DNA of 64,000 nucleotides from Yuukianura sp. NJ FZ-2021 (Eukaryota): NCBI GenBank assembly GCA_046563655.1, contig CM102285.1, positions 558,001 to 622,000 of the forward strand, read 5' to 3'. Shown piece by piece: positions 51,884 to 64,000 of this stretch (position 1 is its first letter; each line of letters starts with the position of its first letter). The notes under the pieces were generated by a model. It saw only the letters and a program-made list of their open reading frames with translations, ran no database searches and was not told where the DNA came from. The position numbers and the translations under genes were made by a program.

Positions 51884-52312
51884 CATGATCAAAAATCAAC
51901 TGATCAACAGCACACAAACTACTATTGCACATCCGATGCTGTTTCATACGTTAATGATCTAGATTTTAGTACTTTAGTGTACCTTAGTCAGCGTTATCAA
52001 AGTGCTCAAAGCCGTATGCGGGATCGTGTCACATATGACTCAAATATCGTCAATGTCATATCCTGACTAATGTCCATGCTGCGTCAAGCACTAAAAACTT
52101 GATATCGACGTTATCATTTGCTCGGAGTGTTCAAGTTCTGGAGAGTTCTAATCGATTAGTATATTAATCACACCCAAATCTTCCATCCAGTCACACTCAA
52201 GCCAGCCTACGGTCAAGAATCACCTGGATAAATTCATCAGCTACTGAACAGTACAAATTACTGGGCAAGTATTTTACATTATACTACACGTTAACGTACC
52301 CCAAGATTCAAA

Positions 52313-53410
52313 ATGGCTGCCAAGTTTCTGCCACTTCTGCTCGTTGGCCTATCACTCGTACCCAGTCAGCTGGCCTTCACTCCTACCGAATGCGGACGAT
52401 TTTCTGGCGATGCCCGTTCGTTAACCACCGTAGTTCAAGACACCACTGCCACTACTGCTCCACGGTCACAAAGAGCGTATATCCTCGGTGGACTCAAAGG
52501 AAATGCAGGGAGCTACGAACAGCTGACGGACATCATTATGTATGACCTCAGCACAGGAAAGTCTTCCAGACTAAACATGCCGTTCCCTATCCCAGTATCA
52601 CACGGCGCAGCTACTTTCCACGGTGCTGACGGTAAAACTATCTACTACTTTGGCGGCGGTGTACCACAAGAAGGCAAGTATGATACGAACATTTACAAGT
52701 TGACGGTCGATACTACCGATGGAATGGTGACTGACACAGTGCTGTTGCCAGACAAACTTACCGTAGCCAGAGCCGGGGCATCAGCTGTTTCCATTGGCAG
52801 TTTTATCTACATCTTTGGCGGGTATGTTGTCAATGGTACCGAAAAGTCCGACGAGATCATCAAGTTCGACCCAACTGTTACGCCGCCAACCCAAACCAAA
52901 GTTGCCACACTTCCGATCAAATCTGCCCCGACGTCAACTGTCGTCAATGGCAAGGACGTCTTTATCTTCGGAGAACAAAATTACGTCTTTCTCTACAACG
53001 TCGACTCAACAGCCACAGTGGCCACTAATGTCACCACATTGCAACACGTTCCGACGTCATCTGTCGCCGTCAAGGTCAGCAGCGACATGGCCTACGTCCT
53101 TGGAACCAACCAGCCCGAAGATGGATTCAAGCAGAACCAATTTCAGATTGTGAGCAAGGTCACCAAGCAAGTCTGCGCCGACGTAGCTCTTCCAGACGGC
53201 ATCAGTGGATCCACCATTTACTACCAACCGACAAACCAAGTCATGATTTTTGGCGGAAACATGACAAACAACCTTCATCAAAGCGTACTCTGTGTCACCG
53301 CTTCGTCTTTGAACAACGAATGTCCAAAAGAAAGCGCAGCCGCTGCCCTGTCCATTCAATTGGTCACTTTCATCTTTACTTCCTTTGCTATCAAATTTAA
53401 TTTCTATTAA
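52313..53410 (+). CDS. Secreted, probably GPI-anchored Kelch-type beta-propeller protein, paralogue 2 (intronless)
   Basis: Collinear with 49944..51017: same signal peptide, blades, four Cys and hydrophobic C-tail. Flanking non-coding DNA is also homologous. Confidence 0.85.
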   Translation: MAAKFLPLLLVGLSLVPSQLAFTPTECGRFSGDARSLTTVVQDTTATTAPRSQRAYILGGLKGNAGSYEQLTDIIMYDLSTGKSSRLNMPFPIPVSHGAATFHGADGKTIYYFGGGVPQEGKYDTNIYKLTVDTTDGMVTDTVLLPDKLTVARAGASAVSIGSFIYIFGGYVVNGTEKSDEIIKFDPTVTPPTQTKVATLPIKSAPTSTVVNGKDVFIFGEQNYVFLYNVDSTATVATNVTTLQHVPTSSVAVKVSSDMAYVLGTNQPEDGFKQNQFQIVSKVTKQVCADVALPDGISGSTIYYQPTNQVMIFGGNMTNNLHQSVLCVTASSLNNECPKESAAAALSIQLVTFIFTSFAIKFNFY

Positions 53411-54176
53411 ATTATCATAGACACAGTACTAAATTTTACCTCATTGCCATAAAAATTGTAGTATAGTTGTGACAAATTAAAAAAAAAAGTTACGTAATTT
53501 TGAAAATAAAATGTGATTTTGCGGAGTTAGAATTTTTATCTTGTTCAAATTTCGGGGACGTTGGTAGATGTAAGTGGATTTTTCATAATCTCCGAAAAAC
53601 AATAGAGATGAAAGGAAAAATTCAATGAAATTGCGAAATTTTGCCTAGTCCAAGGTTTTTTGGAAAAAATGAGATAAAAAATTTTTCGTTATCAAATTTT
53701 TTGGCGATGACATATTGGTTTACTGAATGGACGACGGATAGCCGTAAAATAGAAGCGTTTTTATTACATATGGTTCCTTACCAAAATAAAATTTTAATCT
53801 TTTTTTTTTAAAAACAATGAACGTTTGAAATTCACTGAAAACGTTTGCAAAACTACAAGATTTTAAAACCTGATGAACGCCTGAGGAATGTTTTGGTTGT
53901 CATGGCGATGATACGCATGTTTGATTTTGTTTGTTTGTGTAGAACGACGGTCATGCGTAGTGCAGTGTGTTTTTTACACGCAGGGTATGCGTATTGACGA
54001 CATTTTTAATGAATACGTCATCGTTGGTTCGGAATTTCATAAAGTTGGAGTTGCAACTTTTATGCAAATTTTCGTTTTTTGAAATCGTAGAAACCTTGGT
54101 ATGCACAAGTTTGCAATACTTTGAACAACGAGCACCGAAGCAGAAGGAAACGACTTGCGTAGAAGGAATTTCAAAA

Positions 54177-56329
54177 ATGGATGCTGAAAAACCGACACCG
54201 ACTAAAACTGTTTCAAACGGAAAATGGTTTGTGGAGGGAATGTTGGGCCGTGACTGTTGTCGGAATCCCTACGAACCGTGTCACGCAAGTTGCAAGGTCA
54301 TCTGGAAGTTATGGATTGTCATTTTGGCTGTTTTTCTGCTGGTAAGTTCATTGACCTTTGACCTTTGTGATATGACCTTGACCTTTGACTTTCAGGTATC
54401 TGCTCTAACAAACATTGGCATTGGGTTTTGGAGATTTGAACGCTACGATGGACATGAGGATGTTTTCGTCGCACTGAAAATGAAACGCATGCTCATTCTG
54501 GGGCCTCGACTAATCCCCGGAATTTATGGAATTTTGAATTTTGGCGCCATTTTTGTGGCGCTTTGGGCCTTCACTTTGTCTTTTGTTCCTTGTTTTGTTC
54601 GGTCAGCGATTTTTGGAACTGTAACTGAAATTTTTAAACTCTGCAAAAACTTTTTTAGTGGAATTTGAAAAACTATGAAAATTTTGATTTCCATGGCTTT
54701 GATTTTCAAAATTTCAGTTTCGCTTTGTCTGTTGCCTGCTCAGAATCGCTTTGATTTTGCTGCTTGTTGTGGAAGTTGTTTACGGTTGGGGCGATTGGCC
54801 GGATGACATCTACGCGACCTCGCTCGAAAGAAGAATGACTGCTGACCTCCGTGTTCAAGATGTGGACAACATCAGCTCAACTTGGACCGATACACAACAA
54901 GCGGCAAGTTTCAAATTTTGAAGATTTTGAATGGCGCCATTTTGAAATTTTGAAATTTTAAAACTTAGTTTGACTGCTGTGGTGTGAATTCGTACCAAGA
55001 CTGGTTCAATATCGGCAAAAACCAAACTTATGTCAAGGGCATGCGTACTCTGCCTTATTCTTGCTGCAAAGAATCCACTTCTGATGTACCACTATTAAAA
55101 ATGTTTAAGTTTTTTGAAAAAAAAAATTGTGAAATTTTTAAAATTTATGAAATTTTGAGAATGTAGGCTGATTTTTGCTACGAAGCTTTCTCTGCTAGCT
55201 GGAACGAGCGCGGTTGTCTCCAACCACAAATTCATGAACTCAAGGTCGACTGGATTTTCCTCACCGTATCTACACTGCTCCTATTTCTTTCTGTCGTACG
55301 TTTTCAAAATTTTAAATTTTGAAAAACAAAAACTCAAAAAACACAAAATTTCAATTTCTATTAAATTTCAACAAAATTTTGTCCACAGGATGCCACCGCT
55401 CGAGCTGTTTTGATCTTCATTATCAAATTTCCGTAAGAAAGACTGGAAATTCTTATTTAAAAAAAAATAAAAACCTTTTTTCTCATTTGGCTCCGAAATT
55501 TCTGATTGCTGATTTTCTGTAAATTTGAAAAATTTTTAATTTCTGATGTACCGGCAGACCAGGAAGTTGCAAAGCACGCGCAAAAAATGATCTGACGCCT
55601 TCGTCATCTTGGGAACGGCATCCACCTCCGCCGCGCAAAACTCGGCATGGTAAAAAACACAAGTACAAAACTGTGCCGCAAATGTCGGACGACGACGACC
55701 AGAAACCGCTTCTTATAACTTCACATCCAGCAACGGCTCACCGCCGCGGTGGTCTCTCAATCGTCGTCTCCCCAAATGTCGCTCAAACACAAAGTAACCC
55801 CGAAACTGCTGCGGAAAAAAGCCGAAGTTACCCGGAAACTTCCGAAGCTCTCTTCCTCTACCGATCACCAACACAAGCAATAGGGGCGGAGTCAGCACAT
55901 TCGCTTCAAGAATTATCTCGAACCCCAAGTTCGGAGTTGCCAAAACCACTGGCTCCGCCCCCAGCAGCATCCAATCCACCACAGATTTACTTCCCCTCGA
56001 GAGCTCCGAGCAGCGAAAGTAGCAGTGGAAGTAGCGACATCTCTGCGTCGAAGCAGCAGAATCCGCCAATCCCGGCCAAGAAGGTTTACGGCCTTGCAAA
56101 AGCTACGGTGGACGAAACTGAACGCCGATTGGCTGAGCGGGAAACGGCACAACGATTGGCTGCGAGCGAAGAAACTGAACGCCGATTGGCTGAGGAGGAG
56201 GAGCTTAAGCGTAGTATCGAGAGTCACGTGACCCAGATTTTCCTGGGCCAACAAAAGCAGAACGAAGGGTTCCACACGCCTCAACATGGAAGCAGTGTCC
56301 CATTATTACTGCAAGACAAACCAAACTAA
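54177..56329 (+). CDS. Divergent tetraspanin with a long C-terminal cytoplasmic tail
   Basis: About 7 exons. Four hydrophobic segments; large extracellular loop TWTDTQQA|FDCCGVNSYQDWF...LPYSCC...FC...WNERGCL (CCG, PxSCC and GC signatures). The last exon, 55558-56329, splices in frame to the 218-aa Pro/Ser-rich ORF. Confidence 0.8.
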
Positions 56330-57179
56330 ACTCATCGCAACTAATTAAACAATCAATTAATCTCAATTAACTAAATAAATTAGTCAAAATATCTCCTATG
56401 TCAGAAACTAAACAAATCGGGTCAAAGGTCATCTGATTTTTACCAATAGAAACTGGGCAGAGTGAGAAAGAGTGATGACGTAGTGATGATGCTGGTGGCG
56501 CCAAAAGTTAATCGCAATTTAAATCCAAAATTGTAAACAAACAAAGAGAGAACAGATAAAAAGACATCGAATCGAATCGTCATCGGATCGAAACGTCAAT
56601 TAATTAAATAAGTTAATTAATTAACCGGGGTTTCATCAAAGTGACCTCTGACCTATGACCAGACGTGACCCAGGTATTTGAAACTTGAAAGTGTTTATCA
56701 TAGTGTAGTAGTCTGTAGTGGTTTACTAAAATATCAATTTTTTTTAAATAAACTTAATTCGTTTAGTGTAACTTTTTCTTTTTACAGAGGAGATTGGACT
56801 GGTAATCAATGTAACGGAGCGTGTTGGTATGTAGGAAGTTGATTAATGATTAATGATAAAACCAATTAAGAAGCCGAGTCATGTGACATGACCTCAATCA
56901 TATCCCACCCGAGCGATTCTCATAAATTACCGTTGGTATTGATTATTTCTTTTCGTTTTTTTAGGATTTCAAGTTAAGTTTCGCAAGCACAAGAAGGAAG
57001 AAACAGCGATTGAGAAACACGCAACGTCACCAGTAATATTCTGTCCCGAAAGCCGGTATATCTCGCCTGCCGGTGGTGTATATCCAGTCAACATTCATCT
57101 AAGAGAGCATCTGACTATATTCCAAGTGGAATTCTGCTGTTATAACTTCTAACTCCCGTTTTCTACAAAAAAAAAAAGT

Positions 57180-58402
57180 ATGTTAGGATTCCACGTTCAA
57201 TCGGTAGTTCATCTCCTCACTCTTCTCCTATTCCTGTCTCTCGTCTACCGGAGTGGAGGAGATTCGTTACTTGATTCTAAGGACGATATCTTAGCAGAAG
57301 ACGAGGATTCAGGCTACTGTCCCATTTCAAGTTCAAGTTCATCAGCACGTCTTGATTGTGGAAGCAAAGCAGAAGGAATCCAAATGGCGTCCAAGGAACA
57401 TCGAGAAAGGACTTTCATCATGGTCAAACCAGACGGAGTTCAACGAGGACTCGTCGGAGAAATCATCAAACGTTTTGAGCAGAAGGGATTTCATCTTGTC
57501 GCAATCAAGTTCCAATGGGTATAACAATTTTTAGTCTAACATTTTAGCTAACTTGACCTTTGCTTAACTTTAAGTAACTTATAGGTCAAGGTCACTGAGG
57601 CAAACATGTTGGTCACTCCGTGGTCGAGGTCCAACTAAAGTTCAAAAAACGATTTCAGATTTTTCCGGCTGCGTTCGGATTTTTACTAAGGTTAAGGTGT
57701 AAGGTCGAGACGCACTAAAACTCTGATAAGGCCGATTCGCATTTAATTTCTATTAAGGCTGATTCTTATTTGAGTCCAAATCTTTCTTGATAACTTACTG
57801 CGTTTTCACTGTAATTGTAGTTAGATCCGAGTTTGAATTTGACGTTGAGTTAACTTCAAAGGTCACGCCTACTAAACAGTACAGAGCACAGGCAGTGCTG
57901 ATGCAAATTACTTGCAACTTTTCTACGAATGATTTCGCCGTTAGAATTTCCAAATCTAATTACAATTTATAATTTTCTTTTTCTCCACACAGGCAAGCGA
58001 AGAGTTGCTGAAACAGCACTATGCTGCTCATCTGGAACAGCCCTTCTTTCCTGGACTCTTGAAGTACATTGCCAGCGGCCCAGTTGTGCCTATGGTAATA
58101 TCAATGTCCATTTCAAACTAATTACTAACCATAGTTAAGTAATTGCGTAGTAATTAACTATTTTGTTTCAGGTTTGGGAAGGAGCTGATGTGATCAAAAC
58201 TGCCCGCCAAATGCTGGGAGCCACCAATCCGTCTAATGCTGGACCAGGAACTATCCGTGGAGACTTTTGTATCCAGACAGGACGAAATGCTATTCATGGA
58301 AGTGATTCTGTGGATTCAGCTAACACTGAAATTGCCTTATGGTTCAAGGACGAAGAACTTGTAGCTTGGAAGAGCAACGCAGAGCCGTGGATCTACGAGT
58401 AA
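57180..58402 (+). CDS. awd: Group I nucleoside diphosphate kinase (NME1/2-like); core ATG at 57384, in-frame upstream ATG at 57180
   Basis: Exons 57180/57384-57518, 57993-58094, 58172-58402. [49 protein letters not shown]; catalytic [10 protein letters not shown]-terminus WIYE. Confidence 0.93.
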
Positions 58403-58864
58403 TTGATTTGCTCAATTACTCATCTACATATCAATTTCCTTACGCAAAAAGTACACATCAATCTCATTGGCTTATCTACCTACCACCGGAGACATTGAAA
58501 TTCACTTTCCATAAAAACCGAATATCGAACGCTAAATCTTTATCCCTTATCTTCTGGGCACGAAAAAGTATATGACTAGTCAAGGATCAAAAGCTCCTTC
58601 CTAATTAATTCACAGAAACTAATTACCTGTCATTGGCAAAGTGAATAAATTGAGAAAATTGGGAATAAAACGACGCCCAGCGTTTTTTTCAGGACGTGAA
58701 TTTCGGAATTCGCGGGTTTCGCGAATCGTTGTTCGTCTCAAGCTTAGGATTGATTTTGACAGCGCGGGAAAATTATAATCCGGTGGGCGGATTTATTTTT
58801 TAGTTAAGATTTTAAACTTTTTCGTCGGTTGTAGTAAGGTTAAACGACTATCATTGTATCCGCG

Positions 58865-59312
58865 GCAGCCACCGTATGGCTACAATGCGTAGTTACCAGT
58901 GTTCCTGGTCCAGGAATCCTGGATATTCACTTTGTCGACATTTCGTCTACGGCTGGATATCCAGTGGACGAAATAGATGAATCCAAAGAGACGGGAGCTC
59001 TGGCTGCGGAATTTGATATATAACGAAGGAGATAATTGTTTTTGTATGAGCTAATTAATTGTAACGATGAAAGAAATTCTTTCTTGAAATTGTTATGTAA
59101 TTTTAAATTTGAATTTTTTTTTTGAATTTTGCGCTTAATTATTTCCATCCATCCAACAAAGTTTCACCAATTTCGGGTGCATTTCTTCCACTAAATATCC
59201 AGTGGAAGTGGCAGTTATGCCATTGGAGGTTTAAGTGTCCAGCAACGCTGGTAGCTACATTATGCGTCTACTTCTGTAGCTTTGGGTTAGTTTTTTTAAA
59301 TTACGGTGGCTA
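58865..59312. mobile_element. Degenerate inverted-repeat element
   Basis: GCAGCCACCGTA pairs with TACGGTGGCTAC, and GTAGTTACCAGTGTTCCTGG pairs with CCAGCAACGCTGGTAGCTAC. No clear TSD. Confidence 0.4.
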
Positions 59313-61268
59313 CAAACGTTGCCACTTGTTGTAATTGCCAATTTTGTGCAGGCAATGTGGCCGGAGTTGCTACACTGTGTCGTTACAATGACTGCCGTTA
59401 GTCCTTACGTCATCTACTGTGTCTTTGTTTACCAATCCGCCCAAGGTGAAAGGTGAGCAAACGCTCTTCCAAAAGGTCAAAGGTCAGTTAAATATTGTTA
59501 ATTACTTAATTAATATAGTAGTTGTTGATTTAGTCAACTTATAGTAATTGAATCTAATTTTTGGTAGGTGGAGGTTGTTGGTCTTCTCGGAAGTGCTCTC
59601 TGCTGGATGATCTTGTCCTTTTCTCTTCCGTTTTTTCGGAGCTTCCGGATCCGGGGATCTCCTGCTGATTTTGAAAGTGATCTCTGCTTTCTTCCTTGAT
59701 ATGAGGACTGCCATAACTCGTGCTGATACTCCTGCTACCGGGAATTCGAGGAAGAGGTCAGGTCAATCATCTTTACAAGTGAATCTTCACATCAGAGTCT
59801 GATGATCAGACAGCCCAGACTTTCAGTCCAGTTTAAAGGTATGGAACGAAGCATGAGTTTTATCAGTCACTCTATTCTAGTTGACACATCATCATCACCT
59901 TGCTAATTAACGTGGGAAGAAGAGGTGCGAGAAGTGCATCATTCTCATTCTCTTAAGAAGAACCATAATTTTGTTTTGTTCGTTGGTAATTCCTAACTTG
60001 TGTGTATTTTTTTTGGACTTGCAGTTGATCTCTTCCCACTCCTCAGTGTCGTCTAATCATCGTTTAAGCATTGCTGCTATTCCGGAATCTCGATTGTCAC
60101 TGACATTTTGATTTTTTTCATTCTTTCATCTACTGATTGAAGACGACAAGATCAGACCAAGAAGCTGGAAGGTCACACACAGCAGCAGGAGGAGAGCAAA
60201 TTAATTCGTCAATTACTGGTGAGATACGACTTGCTTTTTAATCCATTCTTGAAACATATCAAGGCACATTTGAGTGAGGCAGTTTGTGAGTTCTCTGGAT
60301 TCGGATCAATCATTTTCAGGATTCAGAATATCAGTTTTATTTCATGATTTGGTTCTATTAATCAAATATTTTCAATACCAAAGGTCAGATGGGACAAAAA
60401 ACCATAGTTTTGATGGTGGCACTGCATTTTGAATGGCCAATGTCAATATTCTCATTCATTCTATCTTTAGAAATCAAATCTTAACTTTTTTTTAGATTTG
60501 TCTATTGATGAATAATTGAGCTTAAAAGTGGATATATTCAAGTTTTCTAAATTAAGATTTATGTTCAATCGTAAATCCGATTCCAAAAACACGAAACAAC
60601 TTTTTATCCAAAATCCAAATCCGAAAATCTGCACAGACTAATTTAGCTAAAAGCTTTGTCAGCTCAAAACGCCACTTAAATATTCTTTTGTTCCTTGAGT
60701 TGAATCGATCAAATCTCAGCCCACTATTAGCATAACGTTATGATACCAAAAGGAAATGGCAAAGGACATGAGCAATGTCAATATGTCCTTGCGTGACACA
60801 ATTCCATTACAAGATTCCATAAGCACTTAAGTCGGAACTTTATTATTAAACACCAATTTATGTCCAATTCATCTCAAACTTCCTTTTGTCACTTTTCCGC
60901 GTACACAATTAAAATTAAACTCCAGAAATCTAGCATTGGTCATGTTTTGGCAAAAACAGGTTTACATTTGTGAATGAACCACACAACAATTAAAAATGTT
61001 TGCGTTGACAAATTTAAAAGGAAAAGCAAAGTTGTTGTATGTTTTAAGTGGATGCGTATGTTGTACATCTTGGTGATGAAATTTGTGAAGTGGTTTTAGG
61101 TCCTTGACCTTCACAATATGACATCACTTTCCTTGTTCCATCTTCATCTTCTGTTCATTCAACTCTATATTTTGCGCTAAAGTAAGTTCTTGTGTCACTA
61201 CTTTTTAAGACAGCGGGCATTACTCTCGTTAGCACTTAATTGTTGACGTTAACGTTCTTGGAGGTCTT

Positions 61269-61341
61269 CCAACTTCAGAACTTTTTGCTTTTTGCACAAT
61301 GAGGACAACTTCAGAACTTTTTGCTTTTTGCACAATGAGGA
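61269..61341. repeat. Perfect about 36-bp direct tandem duplication
   Basis: CAACTTCAGAACTTTTTGCTTTTTGCACAATGAGGA occurs twice. Confidence 0.9.
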
Positions 61342-64000
61342 GACAGAGAGACACAAAGTGTCAATTACACAAAGCATAAAGTTCAAAGGCTTCGCAAAAG
61401 TAGCGACAATCAAAGACAAATGAAAGTGACGTCAGATACCCTCGGGCAATGTCCATCATAATTCCATTCACTTCTATAATGTTTTCAGGTTGTAGAATTG
61501 TTTTTTTGAATTTTTGAATCTGCTTTTGTTTTAAATTTCGAATGTGTCTTTTTTTGGATGCCGTTTGGACATTGGACGCGTCAGTGTCAGTGTCACGTCG
61601 CAAGAACTTTAGGTTTTTTTTTACAGTTACACAGACGGAGAACGTGTGAAACCAATCGCTGAAAATTGCTGAAATTGAATTTTTCTTTGAAAATTTGAGA
61701 TTTGTCAGCATGATTGTTCTTAATTTTAATTTTAGAAGCTTCCTTTATTGTCTCTACGTGCTAAATGAACGTTAGATTCCGACTTGACCTGTTGACCTTT
61801 TGGTTTAATCTGTTGCATGGCGCCTTTGAAGTGACAATGACACAATGGAACATGTATGGTTTACAGTTACAAGTGATTAGGTTATCCATGAGATGTAACC
61901 TAACTTGATCTCTACAGTCAGCTTAAATGTTATGTTGACAGGGCACTTTTTGTGTGAACTGACGCTGACAAGTCACTCTCTGCCTTCCAGCATCTTCTTA
62001 GCTAGGAGCAATATTTAAGAATTAGGTTTAAGAAACGATTAGGTTTATCCGTTCACTCAGAAAGTAGCCTTTGATCGGAGTACTGTTCAGAAAACGGTAC
62101 ATTTTTGAAAAAAAAAATTTAGAATGGAGAAATTTTTAGTGGCAAATGTCGAGCACTGGAGAAATTTTATTCAAATTTTGGTCAATTAAAATTTGAGTTT
62201 TGAATTAGATTTTTAACAAAATTTCTGTTAGTTGCACAAAAGTTAATTTTGAGTTTTGGAGGGATTGAGGATTTAGTTGTTTCTAAACAATTTGTAATTT
62301 GAATTTGGAAATTTTGTTTTTGGAAAACAGTTTCATGTGAAAAGTTTTGAAGTTTTAGTTTTTTATTTTGAGAATTCTTGGATTTAAAAAAAAATGGATT
62401 TGAAATTGTGCTAATATGAGAAACGGCGTTACTTCAGTGGTGCATCCACCAAGACGCAGAAGGAGTGCAATTGACGATCAACTTTTATTGTCAAAATATG
62501 AACGTCGAAATGGCTACATTCCTCCATGTCGTGAAATGGCGCCAAACAATTCCATTTATTTGTAAGTTTAAAAAAAAACTCGAAATTCTGTGTTTTTAGT
62601 TCAAAATGTTTATTTTTACTAACAAAATGGAGTATTTTTGGTTAGGCTAATTGCTAAACCTAACTAACCTACTTTAGGTTAATTTTGGAAGTAAGCGGAA
62701 ATGACCTCATGCGTTTTTAATATTATGAGAAAAAATTAGAGAAAAAAGAAGGTCAAACGGAAATCAATTATTTTTGTGATTTGAAGCTGTCATGCACATG
62801 TTCCTGCTTTTTCGAAAAAAAAATCTAAATGTTTTAATTTTTTCATTTTTTTTTCTTGAAAAGTGGCTCAAATATACCTAACTAGTGCAAATTCTATCGT
62901 TTTTAGCGGAAATTTTATGCGTTTAGTTTAAATTTTGCACGTTTTTGATATAATTTTTGTGAGTTAGTGAAACAGGAGCAACGATAGTGCAGAAAAGCTG
63001 TTGATTTTTTGACTGTTATTGACAATTGGCGTGATTAATGGCCCAATGATTGCAAAAAAGGGAGAAAAAGAAGCATGAGAGGAAAAATTTGCGAAAATTT
63101 TCCGCAATTCTGCGAAATCTGATTGAAATATGATGCTTTTTTTTCGTAGTGAAATAATTAATTGATGTTTGTAGTCGGACTGGCTCTGTTTGTCTTCTAT
63201 TTATGGCAACTCTTGTCGCAGGAACTCTTTTGTTAGAAACCTCCAGATTGTATTTCACATTCAATCGAATCCGAATCACTGATTCGTGGAATCGCTGGAG
63301 CGATGACGCTGGTTGGCTAATTTTGTCTGCATTTCGTTTACTTTCACATTCACTCATTCATTTTAAGTAAAGTAAGACAAATTGAGGTGAAAAGATTGCA
63401 AAATTTAATTATGCAAGAAATTTTACCTATGCACATTTAATTTTGACATTGAGCAGTATACTACTATTTTTTCCCTTGTCTTTTGAGTTTGAATTTTACT
63501 TTTCATCAAAGTTATACACTTAAATTGAATTACAGTTATCATGTTTTCGGTTTTTTAAAAGTTGGTGACAAAAAAGGTTTCAAGTGAAAATTAAATTCTA
63601 ATTTGAACTTTGTAACTTTTTTTTTTTTTTTTTTTTTGCTTTGATCTTTACTGTTTCACTTGACCTTGACCTTAAAAAACACATTTTTGTCACTTTTTAA
63701 TTAATTTGAACTTTGTCAATAGATTTTTCCTAGAAACTTAGGAAAATGGAAGAGTTGAGTCAGGAAAAAAAAGTATAATGAATTTTGATTTTGGAGAAAG
63801 TGGATATGTGTCTCTGTAAAACACCAAAAGTTTGAAAACTGAAAAAGATTTTTGAATTTGGAGGGATTTTGGTGCCGATTTGAAGATTTGATTTCGAAGT
63901 TTGAACTGAATTTCAAGTTTTCAGAGGAAATTGGAGAAAGTTGAACTGAAAGTTGTGATTTCTTTCTTACTATTCTTCAACTTTTCACTAGATCGGTCAC

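Noticed and set aside
50413-53359. Overlapping alternative-frame and antisense ORFs in both Kelch genes
   Set aside because: Expected shadows of codon-biased coding sequence. They are shared only because the genes are paralogues.

Overview
Eukaryotic, AT-rich, intron-containing invertebrate DNA. The gene content and style (vnd, awd-like NDPK, F-box/LRR, Kelch, VMO1-type genes) suggest a hexapod, possibly a springtail; this is inference only. Genes reconstructed by hand, in order: the 3' part of a VMO1-like beta-prism gene fused to an aerolysin/ETX-MTX2-like domain; a 4-exon vnd (NK2.2) homeobox gene with an 8-kb intron; a catalase 3' pseudogene fragment interrupted by an internally deleted LINE; mitochondrial glycerol-3-phosphate dehydrogenase; a small TACC-domain gene with internal repeats; an F-box/LRR gene; a TRPA-family channel with only 2-3 ankyrin repeats; an SLC35G/EamA transporter; two tandem intronless secreted, probably GPI-anchored Kelch genes; a long-tailed tetraspanin; and an NDP kinase with a possible signal-peptide extension. 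Many MITEs and a 5'-truncated CRE-like retrotransposon are also present. Most notable: the lectin-fold plus pore-forming fusion, a LINE whose ORF1 and ORF2 are in frame across a single UGA-CUAG readthrough-type stop, and a retrotransposon insertion carrying an inverted 88-bp copy of nearby DNA inside its target-site duplication. All calls come from manual reading; no searches were run.
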